Shown here one piece after another: positions 36,571 through 57,766 of a stretch of 64,000 bases of DNA. How positions within the stretch are numbered: position 1 is the stretch's first letter; every line of letters starts with the position of its first letter. The stretch spans positions 11,505,651 through 11,569,650 of the forward strand of contig CAVNZM010000003.1 of assembly GCA_963693365.1 (NCBI GenBank). The letters are read 5' to 3'. This DNA is from Amoebidium appalachense. Its lineage: Eukaryota > Protista > Ichthyosporea. The notes beneath the pieces were generated by a model. It saw nothing but the letters and a program-made list of their open reading frames with translations, was not told where the DNA came from and made no database searches. A program made the translations under genes and the position numbers.

Positions 36571-36875
36571 ATGCCCCGCCTTCAAGAGAAGTACATTAGC
36601 TCCATTGACGGGCTGCAGCTCCTCTACCGCTCATATGGCCAGGAGGGAGCGGATTGGAAGCCCAAGGCATCTTTGTGTCTGGTTCATGGGTTTGGCGAGC
36701 ACTCCGATAGATTCACGCACGTGTGTGAGTCGTTTGTCGAGCTTGATGTGGCCGTACACACTGTTGACCTGAGGGGGCACGGCTACTCCGGTGGCGGAAG
36801 AGGTGTGTAATTCGTGTCCCGGCAGTTTTGATATTGTTGGTGATTGAGGGCACAGGGGGAGGGTGGAGGTCGGGG

Positions 36876-36910
<35 letters not shown>

Positions 36911-38603
36911 GGGGAGGGGGAGGGGAGAGGGGTTTTTGGGAAAGGGGCGGAGGGATTTCTCGGCTTGTGTGTAGGTGTGCGGGTGGGTGCGTGTGTGTTT
37001 GTGTACAGCCACATGTGCCTGTGCTCTCACGTGTAAGCATGTGTGTGAGTCTGTGGCTCGTTGCAGAGTTTTGTTTCTGTGGCTCGTTGCAGAGTTTTGT
37101 TTTCTTGTGCCTGGGAACTGTGACCTCAGATTCCAAGTGCGGAGCTTGCACGTAGCTTTATTTGTGTAAATAAGTGTCCCTGGGGGGCTGGGGCGGGGGG
37201 GGGGTAGTCTACTTTGCATCAATTAAGAACGAACTGGTACGTATAAAAGTGCTTGTGCCGGTAGGCTTGTTTTGAGAGAGAAGAAGAGGCATCACCAGCC
37301 TTTGCTGTATGTGACTCCAAAGCACCAGAATTTTTTAACACTCGAGTTTACAATTGCCTTTAAAAACCTGTGCCGTTGTCTTTGGGAAACTTGCTAATAC
37401 TGTTCGTTCTTTCCGCAGCCGACGGTCAGTTCGAAGACATCCTCAAGGACATTGGTGTGCTTTTGCAGCGCGCCGACCCCCACCTTCCCCTCTACCTTTA
37501 CGGCCACAGCATGGGCGGGATGGCCGTCTTGCGCTACATCCAGACGCACCCGCACTCGCGCATAGATGGTGCAATCGTTGCCTCCCCTCTTCTTGCTCTT
37601 AGCAAACCCATTGGGCCTGTGAGGAGGATGCTTCTGGAACTGGTGTATCCGGTGATGGGCGAGTTCTTGATCAGTTCTGGCGTCGACCCTTGCGGTCTGT
37701 CGAGCGTGCATGAGGAGGTGACTAAGGTATGCATGATGGTTGAGATGGGCGTGTGCGTGGTGGTAGAAATGGATGTGCATGACGCATGGTGAGGGTGCAT
37801 GTCCCTGTTTGGGCGTGTTTGGACCGATTGAAGTTGACGTAAGTAGTCGTTGGTCTCCCTTGCTGCCCCATCCCCCTCGTTTTGCTGAATCGTTACCAAC
37901 CTTTGCTTGGTCATCAAACGCCATGGAATGGGCAGGCGGGATTAGTGGTTTCTTTTCGAACCTCTTAGGGAAGGAACCCAGGTGGGATTGCCTGCACTTG
38001 TCTCTCCTACGCACTCTGACTGAAACACATTTACCCGCACATTCACTCCTTCCAAGCACTTTCTTGGACATGCATCGACACACGCACACACACACAAACA
38101 CCCCCCCCCCCCCCCTCCCCTTCCCCCTTTCTCCCTCGCCGGCAACACCCACCCACCCACCCACACACACACACACACATACACACATACATACACATGC
38201 ACACTCACACCGCCAAACACAAAACACCTGCAAAGGCACACACACAACCCAGCCTCCCCTCCCCCCTCCCCCCACCAAAAAAAAAAAAAAAAAAATAGGT
38301 GTTCCACGACCGCCTCACCCTCCCCTTCATGACCGTGCGCTTTGGCCGCGAGCTCCTCCGAAACTCGGCTGAGACCCTCCGCCACCCCGAGCTCATTGAC
38401 GTTCCCGTGTTTTTTGTCCACGGGTCACGTGACCTGATCACGTGCCCAAAGTCGACGACGGACTTTTCCCAGAGGGTTGCTACGGATGACGTCACACTGT
38501 ACATTGTGGAGGGGGCGTGCACGAGTTGCACAATGACTTGCAGCAGGATCACGTGATTCAGACCATGGGGGAGTGGCTGGTCGACCGCATTGCGCACCAA
38601 CAG
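36571..38603 (+). CDS. Alpha/beta hydrolase, monoacylglycerol lipase/lysophospholipase family (catalytic-domain exons)
   Basis: Exons 36571-36802 (VHGFGEHSDRF, DLRGHGYS), 37419-37726 (nucleophile GHSMGG), 38299-38603 (HGSRD acid residue; catalytic His in HELHND after a 1-nt frameshift at ~38517). The gene continues past the donor at 38603. Confidence 0.9.
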
Positions 38604-39374
38604 GTAGGAGCATGCGTGCCCCCCTTCTCTTTCTTTCTCACTCCTCCCCCCCACTCCACCCCCCTCTCTTTCTCTCTATCTCTCTCTTTCACACACACAC
38701 ACACACACACTGTCTCTCTCCTTCCTCCCCCCTCCCCCCCCTTCTCTCCTTCTCTAGAGTCTCCCTCTCTCTCTCTCTCTCTCCCTCTCTCTCCCTCCCC
38801 CCCTTCTCTCCTTCTCTCTCTCTCTCCGTACCATACTTTCCACCCTTTCACCCCCTCTTCCCCCATCCCCATCCCCCTCCCTAACCAGCACCTTTCTCGA
38901 CCCCTTTCTTTCACTGTATCCCTTTCCTCTCCCTTCCCATGCTCAACCCTGCCGTATGCCTTTCTCTCCCTCTCTACCTCCCCTCCCCTCCCCCCCACTC
39001 CCCTCCTCCCCCTCCCCCTTCCCCCTCCTTTCCCCTCCGGGTAGTTGGCATCTGTATGCACACAGACACCAGCACACCATGCACCTGCCCAGCATGACTG
39101 CACGGTTCTCAAATATATGGCCGACGTCTTCCTGTGGCATGCGAACAAACCCCCCCTCCCCCCCCCCCCCCCCCCCCCCCCCCACCCCACCCACCCACCC
39201 ACCCACCCACCCTGTGGTCTCCCTGCCCTTTCCCGACCCCCTCCCTTACCCTCTTTGTCTACTCATGTGTCTTGTCACAGAACCCCAACCCACACATGAA
39301 TGCACCTGATCTACTTAGGCCACCAAAGAGGTCACCAAACATGCGTCCCTCGTAAACATGCACTACCATCACAG

Positions 39375-39408
<34 letters not shown>

Positions 39409-39568
39409 TCAAGTGCATCTTGAACACCACCTACTGCGCACACCGCCCCATTTGAATCCCATTTTAGTTTTTAACCCAAAACAAAATCCCGCGAAGCAAC
39501 CCTCTTTTCAAGGTTTTAAACCAACATTCCTTTCCCCCCTCCCCCCTCCCCCCCCCCCCCCCACGCAG

Positions 39569-40133
39569 TCACACGGAAACAAGCAACGTAGCTCGCGCTC
39601 GCGCCACCGCGTACCCTCCCAACGTGGCCCCTCCAAGGTCGCAATCGTCGGGGGGGGGAAAGGCATTTCCCGCATATGCGCACAGTGAAAACGCAAACGG
39701 CGGCATGTCTGAGAGCAAACTCCGGGTCATGCGTCTCCTTCAGGCCTTGGTTCTTGTAATGTGGTTCGTTCCCCCCGTGGCTCTTTTCATGTTCCCCGTG
39801 CACGTCGTGTATCTGCTCGTGTGCAAGTACCTCCTAGACTACGAGATGGGACCCCAGGACATGGCGAAAATTCTCGTTTTCGGCGCACTTCACATGGCCA
39901 CGCTCGCCGCAGCACAGAAGGCTGGGAAGAGCGAAATTTCGCAGGTCGGCGAGGTGGGGGGGTCCGTTTACGCGAACGGGGACATGGGGTCTGAGAGCAA
40001 GGAGAGGCTTTTGGTGAAGGGGTCGAAGGGGGATATGTTTGGTGAGTCAATGGGAAAGATGGGTGCGTGCAGGGAGAGGGATGCTGAGTCTACTCCAAGA
40101 TCAGCATCACCAGCGATTATTGGCGAGCAGTGA
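39569..40133 (+). CDS. Probable terminal exon of the lipase, encoding a hydrophobic membrane-associated tail
   Basis: Acceptor poly(C)-acgcag at 39568; 188-codon open frame with hydrophobic segments LLQALVLVMWFVPPVALFMFPVHVVYLLV and ILVFGALHMATLAAA; TGA at 40131-40133. The join to the lipase needs an intermediate exon or a 1-nt correction. Confidence 0.55.
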
Positions 40134-40261
40134 GGAAGGGAAAGGGGGGGGGGGAGGGGGAGGAGGGAGGGTGTGGGTGAGGGGGGGGGGGGGGGATGGG
40201 GGAGCATTCGTTTTCATCATAAGGTGGTGTCGGCGTTTGTGAACACTGTGTGTTGCGGAGG

Positions 40262-40292
<31 letters not shown>

Positions 40293-40970
40293 GTTGTGTG
40301 ACGGGTTTTGTAGAGGTAAAACTGAATGGTTGTAGGTTGTTGGGGGGTGGATGGGATTTCTTGATTTACTTCGTGACATTTCTTTAAGACATGTTTGTAT
40401 GTAGAACTAACTAGCGTTCACGTGTTAGGGGATGTACGTACCTACCGTACGGTAATACGAATCCGTGGAACAGTGGTTTTCAGCAAACACAGGGGTGACA
40501 CAGCTCTAGCGTGTCTGCAAAATCCCTAACTAAAATGTTCGTTATGCTGCACGTGTGTATGCTATGTACTTGTTTTGGATTCGTGAATAATTATGTCAGG
40601 TTTTCCAACGGAGACAAAAGGAAAATCGTAATGCGATGGATTTTAGCATTAGTGTGCGGACCTAGACCCTTGCTTTCTGCAGGATCCAATAGTGTTGTAA
40701 TGATCTTGCCTGTGGAAGTTCACAGGTAAATATGTAGTTGAAGGGAGAGTGCTCTGAACAATTTACAAGAAGTAAAAGATGATTGTTTTATGCAACGGAC
40801 TCCGAGTGCAATGACTAGTCCCTTCCCCCCTCTCCCCTTCCCCATCTCCCCCTCCCCCCAAACACACACACACACACATGAACACACACGGCACTACCCC
40901 TCACACACACATGAACACACATACCACCCGTACCACCGCCACCCTCACCCCCACCTCAACCTAGCCCGCA

Positions 40971-41232
40971 CTATTTATTATTATTAGCACTTATTGTGAC
41001 TATTTATTATATTAGCACAGTATCATTATTATTACTATTTATTATTATTAGCACAGTATCATTATTATTACTATTTATTATTATTAGCACAATATTATGA
41101 TTATTACTATTTAGTATTATTAGCACATTATTATTATTATTACTATTTATTATTATTAGCACAGTATTATTATTATTATTATTATTACTATTTATTATTA
41201 TTATTATTATTACTATTTATTATTATTAGCAC
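40971..41232. repeat. AT-rich compound minisatellite (~36-bp period)
   Basis: About 8 copies of ctatttattattattagcac separated by variable (att)n. Confidence 0.85.
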
Positions 41233-42946
41233 TCGCTCTGCAATATGATGCCAGTCAAATTCGTTGAGGGGATGGCCATCAGGGTGGCTTGTCCAATCAA
41301 AAGGATCCTGTTCAAGTGCCATCCAATCATAGCAGCCCAAATCATCTGTATGCGGCGGTATGGCGTGCTGAAAATTCAGCAAAGGTAAAATTATCCTGCT
41401 GAAAGCAGAATTATTCAGCACAGGCAGAATTGTTCAGCAAAAGCAGGATTTTCTTGCTAAACCTGCTTTTATAAGGTTTATTCTGCTGCCGTGAGCAGAA
41501 TAGTTCTATGGCGATATCGATCACAGAATATTTCTGCTATAACTCTGGTTTTTACGGAAAATTTGAGTTAATCTGATGCCGTGAGCAGAATAGTCCTGTT
41601 TTTTTTTTCTCTGATAGGAACCACAGTGCCCGTCACATTGTGGTTGCCAAGAACATATTTTAGTGCTACGTACCGTGAAAGCCGGCCGGGTAGCACCAAG
41701 CCATTCCCATACACCATTCTCGATCTCTTATAAGGTTTCTCGAGGTCAGGTGTTGTGTTGCGGCACAGTACGGTTATATTTGCCTTTTGAAAGGGTATGG
41801 ATCGAAGGAGCGAGGGGAGGGGGGGGGGGGGGGGGGGGGGGGGGGCAGAGGGAGAGGAAGGGGGGGGGGGGGGGGGGGGGGAAGAGGGGGGGAGGGGGGG
41901 GATCATATGAAGCGATGCAGCACGTCGTAGAGAAGGATATCATAGGGAATGGTGGGAGAGGCGTGGATCCGGAAAGGGGGGAATTTTATTTTTCAAAATC
42001 TTTCATATTGCCTTTCAACGTACAGGTATAACTCTTTTAACACTTCCGTGCATATGATTGGCTGGCGTAAATGACCAATAAACGGGACCAGCCCAGTTTC
42101 ACGTCAGACCGCAAACCATCCCCACCCACACAACTTCACATTAAAGCTACCGGCACAAACAGAAGCTACAATTGTTCAACACTTCTACTCTGTTAAAACA
42201 TCTCAACTGTGTTCTCACCGTGGCCTACGTTTTAAAACTACTTGCATGTCATGCTGTGTTAAAGGCACTGAAATTACTCTCGAGTTCGACTTGCATTGCT
42301 TTGCGCTACTGTGCAGAGCTTCTACTTTCCAATATGAATGGGTATCTTTCTTCACTAATTATAAACTGTACAAAAGATCAAACACTCAGTATAAATATAT
42401 GTGTATGCACCACATAAAAGCTCTATGGATATACAAGGGGGAGAAAAGGAGAATATGTGAGGTCTTTAAACCGACATACTTTTAAAAAAGTCAATACATT
42501 AAAACTTCACCCAGTTCATTTCGATCAAAATAAAAAGGTCAGCTGAAGGTGCACAGTGGCTGTATTTGCCACAAAACAGGATTTCAAGTTCATATGTTGA
42601 GCAAAGGTACGGTACAAATATATTCAATATATCCTACAATATTCGGGCATTTTCGAGCCCGTTGAATATGCATAGTCGTTCTTAAACCATGGGCTAAAAC
42701 CGAATTTGCTGGGCCCCCTTTCAAATCTCCAAACCCATAACCCCCCCCCCCCCCTTCTCGCAATTACATTTCCACATGCAACACACACTGGCTGTGCATA
42801 TTATGCATCCACCCACCCACCCACCCGCCCACCCGCCCACCCACACAAATACACAAGTGCAAACATCACACGCAGACTACCAACCTTTCCCACATGCACA
42901 CATGTTTCCCACCCTTTCACGTGCTCATATCACGTGTCATACATCA

Positions 42947-51896
<8,950 letters not shown>

Positions 51897-52450
51897 GGGC
51901 GGCGAGGTTGTTGCATGGGAAGGGAAACCAATGCTTGGGTTCAACTTGAAACGGTGATCCTGTAAGTCCTTATGTGAGCGAGTTGTGTTATTCAATTTTT
52001 ATCATGCATCGGTTTGTCTTTCCTTGTGATTGAGGTACCTCTTTTTGAAAGGAAAATGTGAAAGCAAATGATTAACAACGCGTGGCGATAAAAAAAAGGA
52101 AAACGTATGGTGCGCCTAAAAATATGCATGAACGGGAACCGAGAAAATTTGCCCAGAAGAAAAACGGGGAGTGATGAGGAAAAAGTGCCAAGAAAAAAGG
52201 TGGGGCTCAGATGGCATTCAGACTAGTGTATGCGTGCATAACCTATGCCATATGCCAGAGGTAAGAGAAGCGAGTTTTTAGTTTTTTTTTTGCTCACAAA
52301 CAGTAATGCAAATAGGGAGTCTTCCATTAAGTTTTTATAAAACAAACAAAAAAGTGGGCCCTAGCTAAGCTAAGCGAAGTTTCGCATGTTTTCTTCGCGC
52401 AGAGCATAAAGTTACCCTTCTCCCCCCCCTCCCCTCTCTCTCCCTTTCTC

Positions 52451-52493
<43 letters not shown>

Positions 52494-55041
52494 TCCCTCC
52501 CTCCCAAGTTTTTGAAACCTCATCCAAAAGCGCTTACTTCCAGGACACATCACACCCTGGCACGGTATTTCTTCAACCTAATGAAAAATTCAAGTTAACA
52601 GTGCAAACTCCTGTTCAACAAGTGGCGTCTATAGAATACGTCGCCTTTTTGTCTTGCAAACATGACCAGAAAAATTGATATTGTTATTATAATCATTGCT
52701 AGTGGCAAAATAATGTACGAATTTCGCTCACCTTCGAACGAATGACACTGACAACTGCCCACTACACGTGGGTGCAATAATACAGATCGTATTTATTTGG
52801 GATTTTCTAAACCACCTGAAATAATGTCTCGTTATAAAACGTGGTGTTTAATGACTCGCACTGAGTGCATCATAGCAGTATATTGCACCATTGAACCTAA
52901 CAGCCTGTGACTAAGTGACTACAAGCGTGGTGCAAAACATACCCCGTTTCAATGTGGTGATGGTAGGCTGAGCCCTGGGAAGACTCTATTCCTGCTGAAA
53001 ATACATGGGTGCGAAATGTTTGACTAAGTCCCGTGCTTTCAGATGGCTCAAAGTTGTGATGCTAAAAAGCTGGTGCTAGGAGTTCAGCTAACAGCCACTA
53101 TCTATCAGTAGTGAGTCCAATACTTTCCAAACTCAACAGTGTAACTGTAACGCCAACTTATCAACACTCGTACGGATTACGGATTGATTCTACTTCTTAT
53201 CACTTCCTCACTGAAAAAAAAAAAAGGAAGAATGGAGCTATGTTGGTGACTTGGTGTGCGTACTGTGCGTGGGCGCACGTACATTTTGGAAAATTTGGAA
53301 AACTGATGTCACAGAACGAGCAAGTTTTGGTTCCATGCCACAGCCGGCCCGTGATCCTTTGAACACCCTTCTGCATGGGCCAATTTCGATTGGATGCGGT
53401 TTCAGTGCACGTTTCCTGTTTCAGTGCACGTACCAAGTGTGTCACGTACGTTTACAAACTTTACACCTGCAGGCTGGCTTTCTTTTGTTTAAGAGCAAAA
53501 TGAGATATCAGGCAAACTATCATTGCTACCTACTTAGAACACCTTGATACCGTCGGTGCTGCGTTAAAACTAGCTGGATGTAATATTCCAGCTAAAGATT
53601 GTGAAAATTTACACTGTTTTTTCTCTCTATCCGTTCTAAGAAGTACACGTGCGTAAGCGGTGCTCACGAAATGCGGGTTGTCAGAAGAGCATTCCGCACA
53701 TTCCTAGATGAGCAACCCTCTTATCCCACCAATCAAAACGCTCCATATGTTTCTTTTTGAGGAACAGCGCAACGCACTTGCATACCTCAGATGTCATTAG
53801 CCAATCACAAAATGTAAACATCCATTGTTCCAAATTCCTTCGTGTGTAGGGGTGTAGGCACGCCACGTAAAAAGCCACGATCCCTCGCCCTCCTCTTTTT
53901 TTTTTTTTCTGCTGCACCGTGTTAGCGCTCGAATTCGGTCTTTGATATTGATGTTTTTGCCCTTCCCTTTTGTCTCTCTTGTTATTGAACTGCTCCAAAA
54001 TACACGATCACAGCCGCAAGTGAGTGATCTGGGATCATGGCACCAGGGCTGCAATTGCTGTCAAGTGCCCGCAAGTGCATGTATTATGATGGATCGTGTT
54101 TGCCTACGTGTTATTATCATGTGCGGCTCATTTTGTATCAGTGACATCACCTCACCATGACGTCCACACTGGACGTGTGCCCCTGCTGTGTCATGTTTTT
54201 GCCGCAAGGCGCGGACAGCTTACTGATTTTGAGTGCGGCGGTCACTGACAGGTGATCTGACGCAGTCATGTGCATTTAATGTAAACTGATGGTAGACGGG
54301 CTCCATGATTGGATCGGCCATCTACATAGTTAACCATTAAGGCTCGGATAAGTGAGTAACGGTTGGCTAAGGATCTGGCCAGCAATTGCGCACACAATTC
54401 ACACAATTCCCATTGCGTCACTCTGATTGGTTGTCACACCGAAGGGATTCCCCGATTGTTTTTTTTTTTTCCTTTTGAGTGGATTTATTCGACGTAAAGA
54501 TATGCACAATTGTTTTTTCCACAGTGACGCTTTCTATCACTTTTTTTTTATCACTACTGTATTTGGGTTTATGCACTTTGTATTGCTGCGGACATCGTCA
54601 GGGGTCCAGCCTCACTTGACGGCCTACTGCGTTTTCCAGGGCAGCCAATCAAATGCAGCTAGTGACTTGTCCAAATGTACACTGTCTGCAATAAAACAAC
54701 GTTAGTATAGATAAAACTGATCTCGGCGGAGCCTCGATCTGTGGCCCAATCTCCATACGAGGCAGTGGGGAAGCGTAGCGCGCGCGCGCGCGCGTGTGTG
54801 TGTGTGCGTGTGTGGGGGAGGTGAAGGAGAGGCGGGTTGGGGGAGGAGGTAGAAGAGGTATCGGGTAGGGAGAGGGAAGTTGCATGTGTGTGTGCGGGCG
54901 GGGGAGCTACCATATGAGAGGAGTTAGGCACTTATGCAGTGCGGGTGTGTTGATTTGTGTGTGTTGGGTGTTATGGGTGTGTGTGTGTGGGTTGGGGGGG
55001 GGGGGGGGGGGGGGGGGGAAGGGGAAGGGGAGAGGATGCAG

Positions 55042-55096
<55 letters not shown>

Positions 55097-55147
55097 TGTG
55101 CACACATGTGTGTGTGTGTGTGTGCGTGCGTGTGTGCGTGCAGTGCG

Positions 55148-55193
<46 letters not shown>

Positions 55194-55478
55194 AGGTGTG
55201 TGTGTGTGTGTTTGTGTGTGTGTGTTTGTGTGTGTTTGCGTGCACATGATATGGTATGCGCGTGTGAGTGGTAGGGAGTGGCTGTTGATAAACACTCTCC
55301 CTACGGCAACAGAAAGACATTTTCTTTGCAGCCATTGCAGTCATTAAACAACAACCAATTAACACTGAAGTTCACTACCGGCATACCAGTGATAAATAAC
55401 CGTAAACAACCGTACGTAGGTATGATGTAGTAGGAAGGCTGTACCTGTTGCTGTCGCGGTGTTGTTGTCGACAGTGAT

Positions 55479-55895
55479 TTAGGGATTTATGAAATCACCA
55501 TGCGTTAAAGTTGGAGTTGAAAGCAATTGTGTTCCTATTGCGTGGAAGTACACTGGAGTGCCTTGTATTCTTTCTTCACCAGAAACACAATGGAAATGAA
55601 AACGTACGTTGACTTTGTCGTTTTGGTGAATTGGTCCGTACCCTTCAACCTTTTGTATGGCTGGTACTACATGCAGTTTCCCGTAGACTCCGTGTGTGTC
55701 ACTTTTGAAATATACCAACCATGTGCCGGCACACCATCGATCTGTAGGATTGAAACAGTTGGGGAACTTAAGCGTTCCTGTTGCTAAACAGTAATGTTTC
55801 GGGTTTTTCAGTTGAATTGGAGAGAGAGAAGGTAAATACTCTCTGAAATCGGTACGTAGTGCTATCAATTCTCCACCGTCACTGGCAGCTGCCAT
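55479..55895 (-). CDS. Hypothetical 138-aa protein (single ORF, unknown function)
   Basis: ATG 55895 (MAAASDGGELIALRTDF...) to stop at 55479; non-repetitive and beta-strand-like, lying between (CA)n arrays and co-oriented with the Helitron ORF. Confidence 0.45.
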   Translation of the reverse strand: MAAASDGGELIALRTDFREYLPSLSPIQLKNPKHYCLATGTLKFPNCFNPTDRWCAGTWLVYFKSDTHGVYGKLHVVPAIQKVEGYGPIHQNDKVNVRFHFHCVSGEERIQGTPVYFHAIGTQLLSTPTLTHGDFINP

Positions 55896-55924
55896 GCTGA
55901 AACCGGATAGTCCCTTTGTTTTTC

Positions 55925-56029
<105 letters not shown>

Positions 56030-56159
56030 TCTGTTCCCCTTTTTATCTTTTTTTTTTTTTTTTTCCACTCCTTCCCCCTCCCCCCCCCTCCTCTCCCGGT
56101 CCCTTTCTTTTTCTTTTTGTGTCTTCTGTTCTCCTTCATGCACACGGACATTCACACAC

Positions 56160-56429
56160 AAGCGATTGTCTCCTCAGTGAAAACAACATTCGGTGGCAAA
56201 TACACATACACATATCTACAACACAAAGAAAACATTAAAAAGGATAGAGACCGTGACCGGGCGGGAGAGGGGGGGGGGGGGGGGGAAGAAACGGGGGAGA
56301 AATGGAAGATTTCTTCCACATTCACACATAAACACAAAATATGGAAATACAGCGTCCCCTTTCCTTCCTCTCCTTTTCTCCTGCCTCTTTCATACATAGA
56401 TGTGCATGGGGTTAATACGTACACTTACC

Positions 56430-56462
<33 letters not shown>

Positions 56463-57440
56463 GCCCTTTATCTACCTTTTTTGTCATCTTCCCATGATTA
56501 ACGGCAAGACTTAGAAGTTGAGTTTTATATATGTTTATTAGTTTGTTGTAGTTTGTTTCCTTTTCCCTTTTCCTTTCTTTCTTTTCTTTCTGTTTCCGTG
56601 TGCACAAATTCTTAGATCTGTGTACACATCGAGCTATTTAGCCCGTGCACACGTATTGTTGTTTGCGTCAATGTCTAAATAAGTCATCCAATCAGATCTC
56701 GTTATATTTTCCCAAATATAGTAACCTACATTCCTCATTAATTCTATTCGATTCCTTTCCCATTCCATTCCTTTCTATCCTCATTCCTTTTCCTTCTTTT
56801 CCCACGACGTAGAATTGCTCTATGTTCCCCAACTATTAGGAATACTTATATTTAGACGTGTTATGTTAAGAACATGTTTAAATATATGATGTGAACTATT
56901 AGATACATAAGTGGTTTCATTTTGTTAAATGTTTCCGTACTTTTATTAGAAGATTACTTTCATTAGAGGATTGCGTTTTATCTTCTATGTGTCGACAGGC
57001 ATTTCGATCGATTTATTTTACCCTCATAGTTTTCGTCTTTCTGATTGGAAAATAGAGTTTTCGTTCTTTTGATTGGTTTATCGATTTCACATTCCTGAGT
57101 ATAAAAGGAACTTCATCTTGAAATAAATATCAAGCAGTTGAATTCATTTCCTATGGTCCCAGTAATCGTTCCTCCCCTCCGGTTGTGTTTCTCCCGTGTG
57201 GCTTTGTGTTGTGTATAACATAACACCCATCTGTGCTCTCTGCTTCTCCGTTTACCCACACAAAACAACATTTTTCCCTTTCTTTTTCCTCTTTCTTCGA
57301 GGATTGGTGGTGGTGGTGGTGGGGGGGGGGGGGGGGGGGGGGGGGAGGGGGAGGGACTTCGGTAGGTAAGTGTATGTGTGTGTGTGTGTCCCCCTTTATC
57401 TTTTCTTTCCTTTGTCGTTCCTCACACACCACACACACGT

Positions 57441-57476
<36 letters not shown>

Positions 57477-57766
57477 ACACACACACCTGTCTTGTCAGTA
57501 AAAACAACATTCTGTGCCAAATACACACACACATATCCCCAACAAAAAAATACATTAGAAAGAATAGAGACCGTGACCGGGCAGGCTGGGGCGGAGGGAG
57601 GGGGGGGGGCGGACACGGGGGAGAAAGAGAAAATTTCTCCCAAATTCACATATAAACACAAAATATGGAAACACAGCCCTCCTCTTCCCTCCCCCCTCCC
57701 TTCCCTTTTTTTCCCTGCCTCTTTCATACTACATATATGTGCATAGATCTTATACGTACACTTACC
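56160..57766. repeat. ~270-bp diverged direct duplication (56160-56428 vs 57485-57766) of the Helitron intron 5' end
   Basis: Shared aaaacaacatt...atagagaccgtgaccgggc...taaacacaaaatatggaaa...tacgtacacttacc. Confidence 0.75.

Noticed and set aside
40971-41232. CRISPR-like periodic repeat
   Set aside because: The 'spacers' are short (att)n variants rather than unique sequences, there are no cas genes, and the context is eukaryotic.
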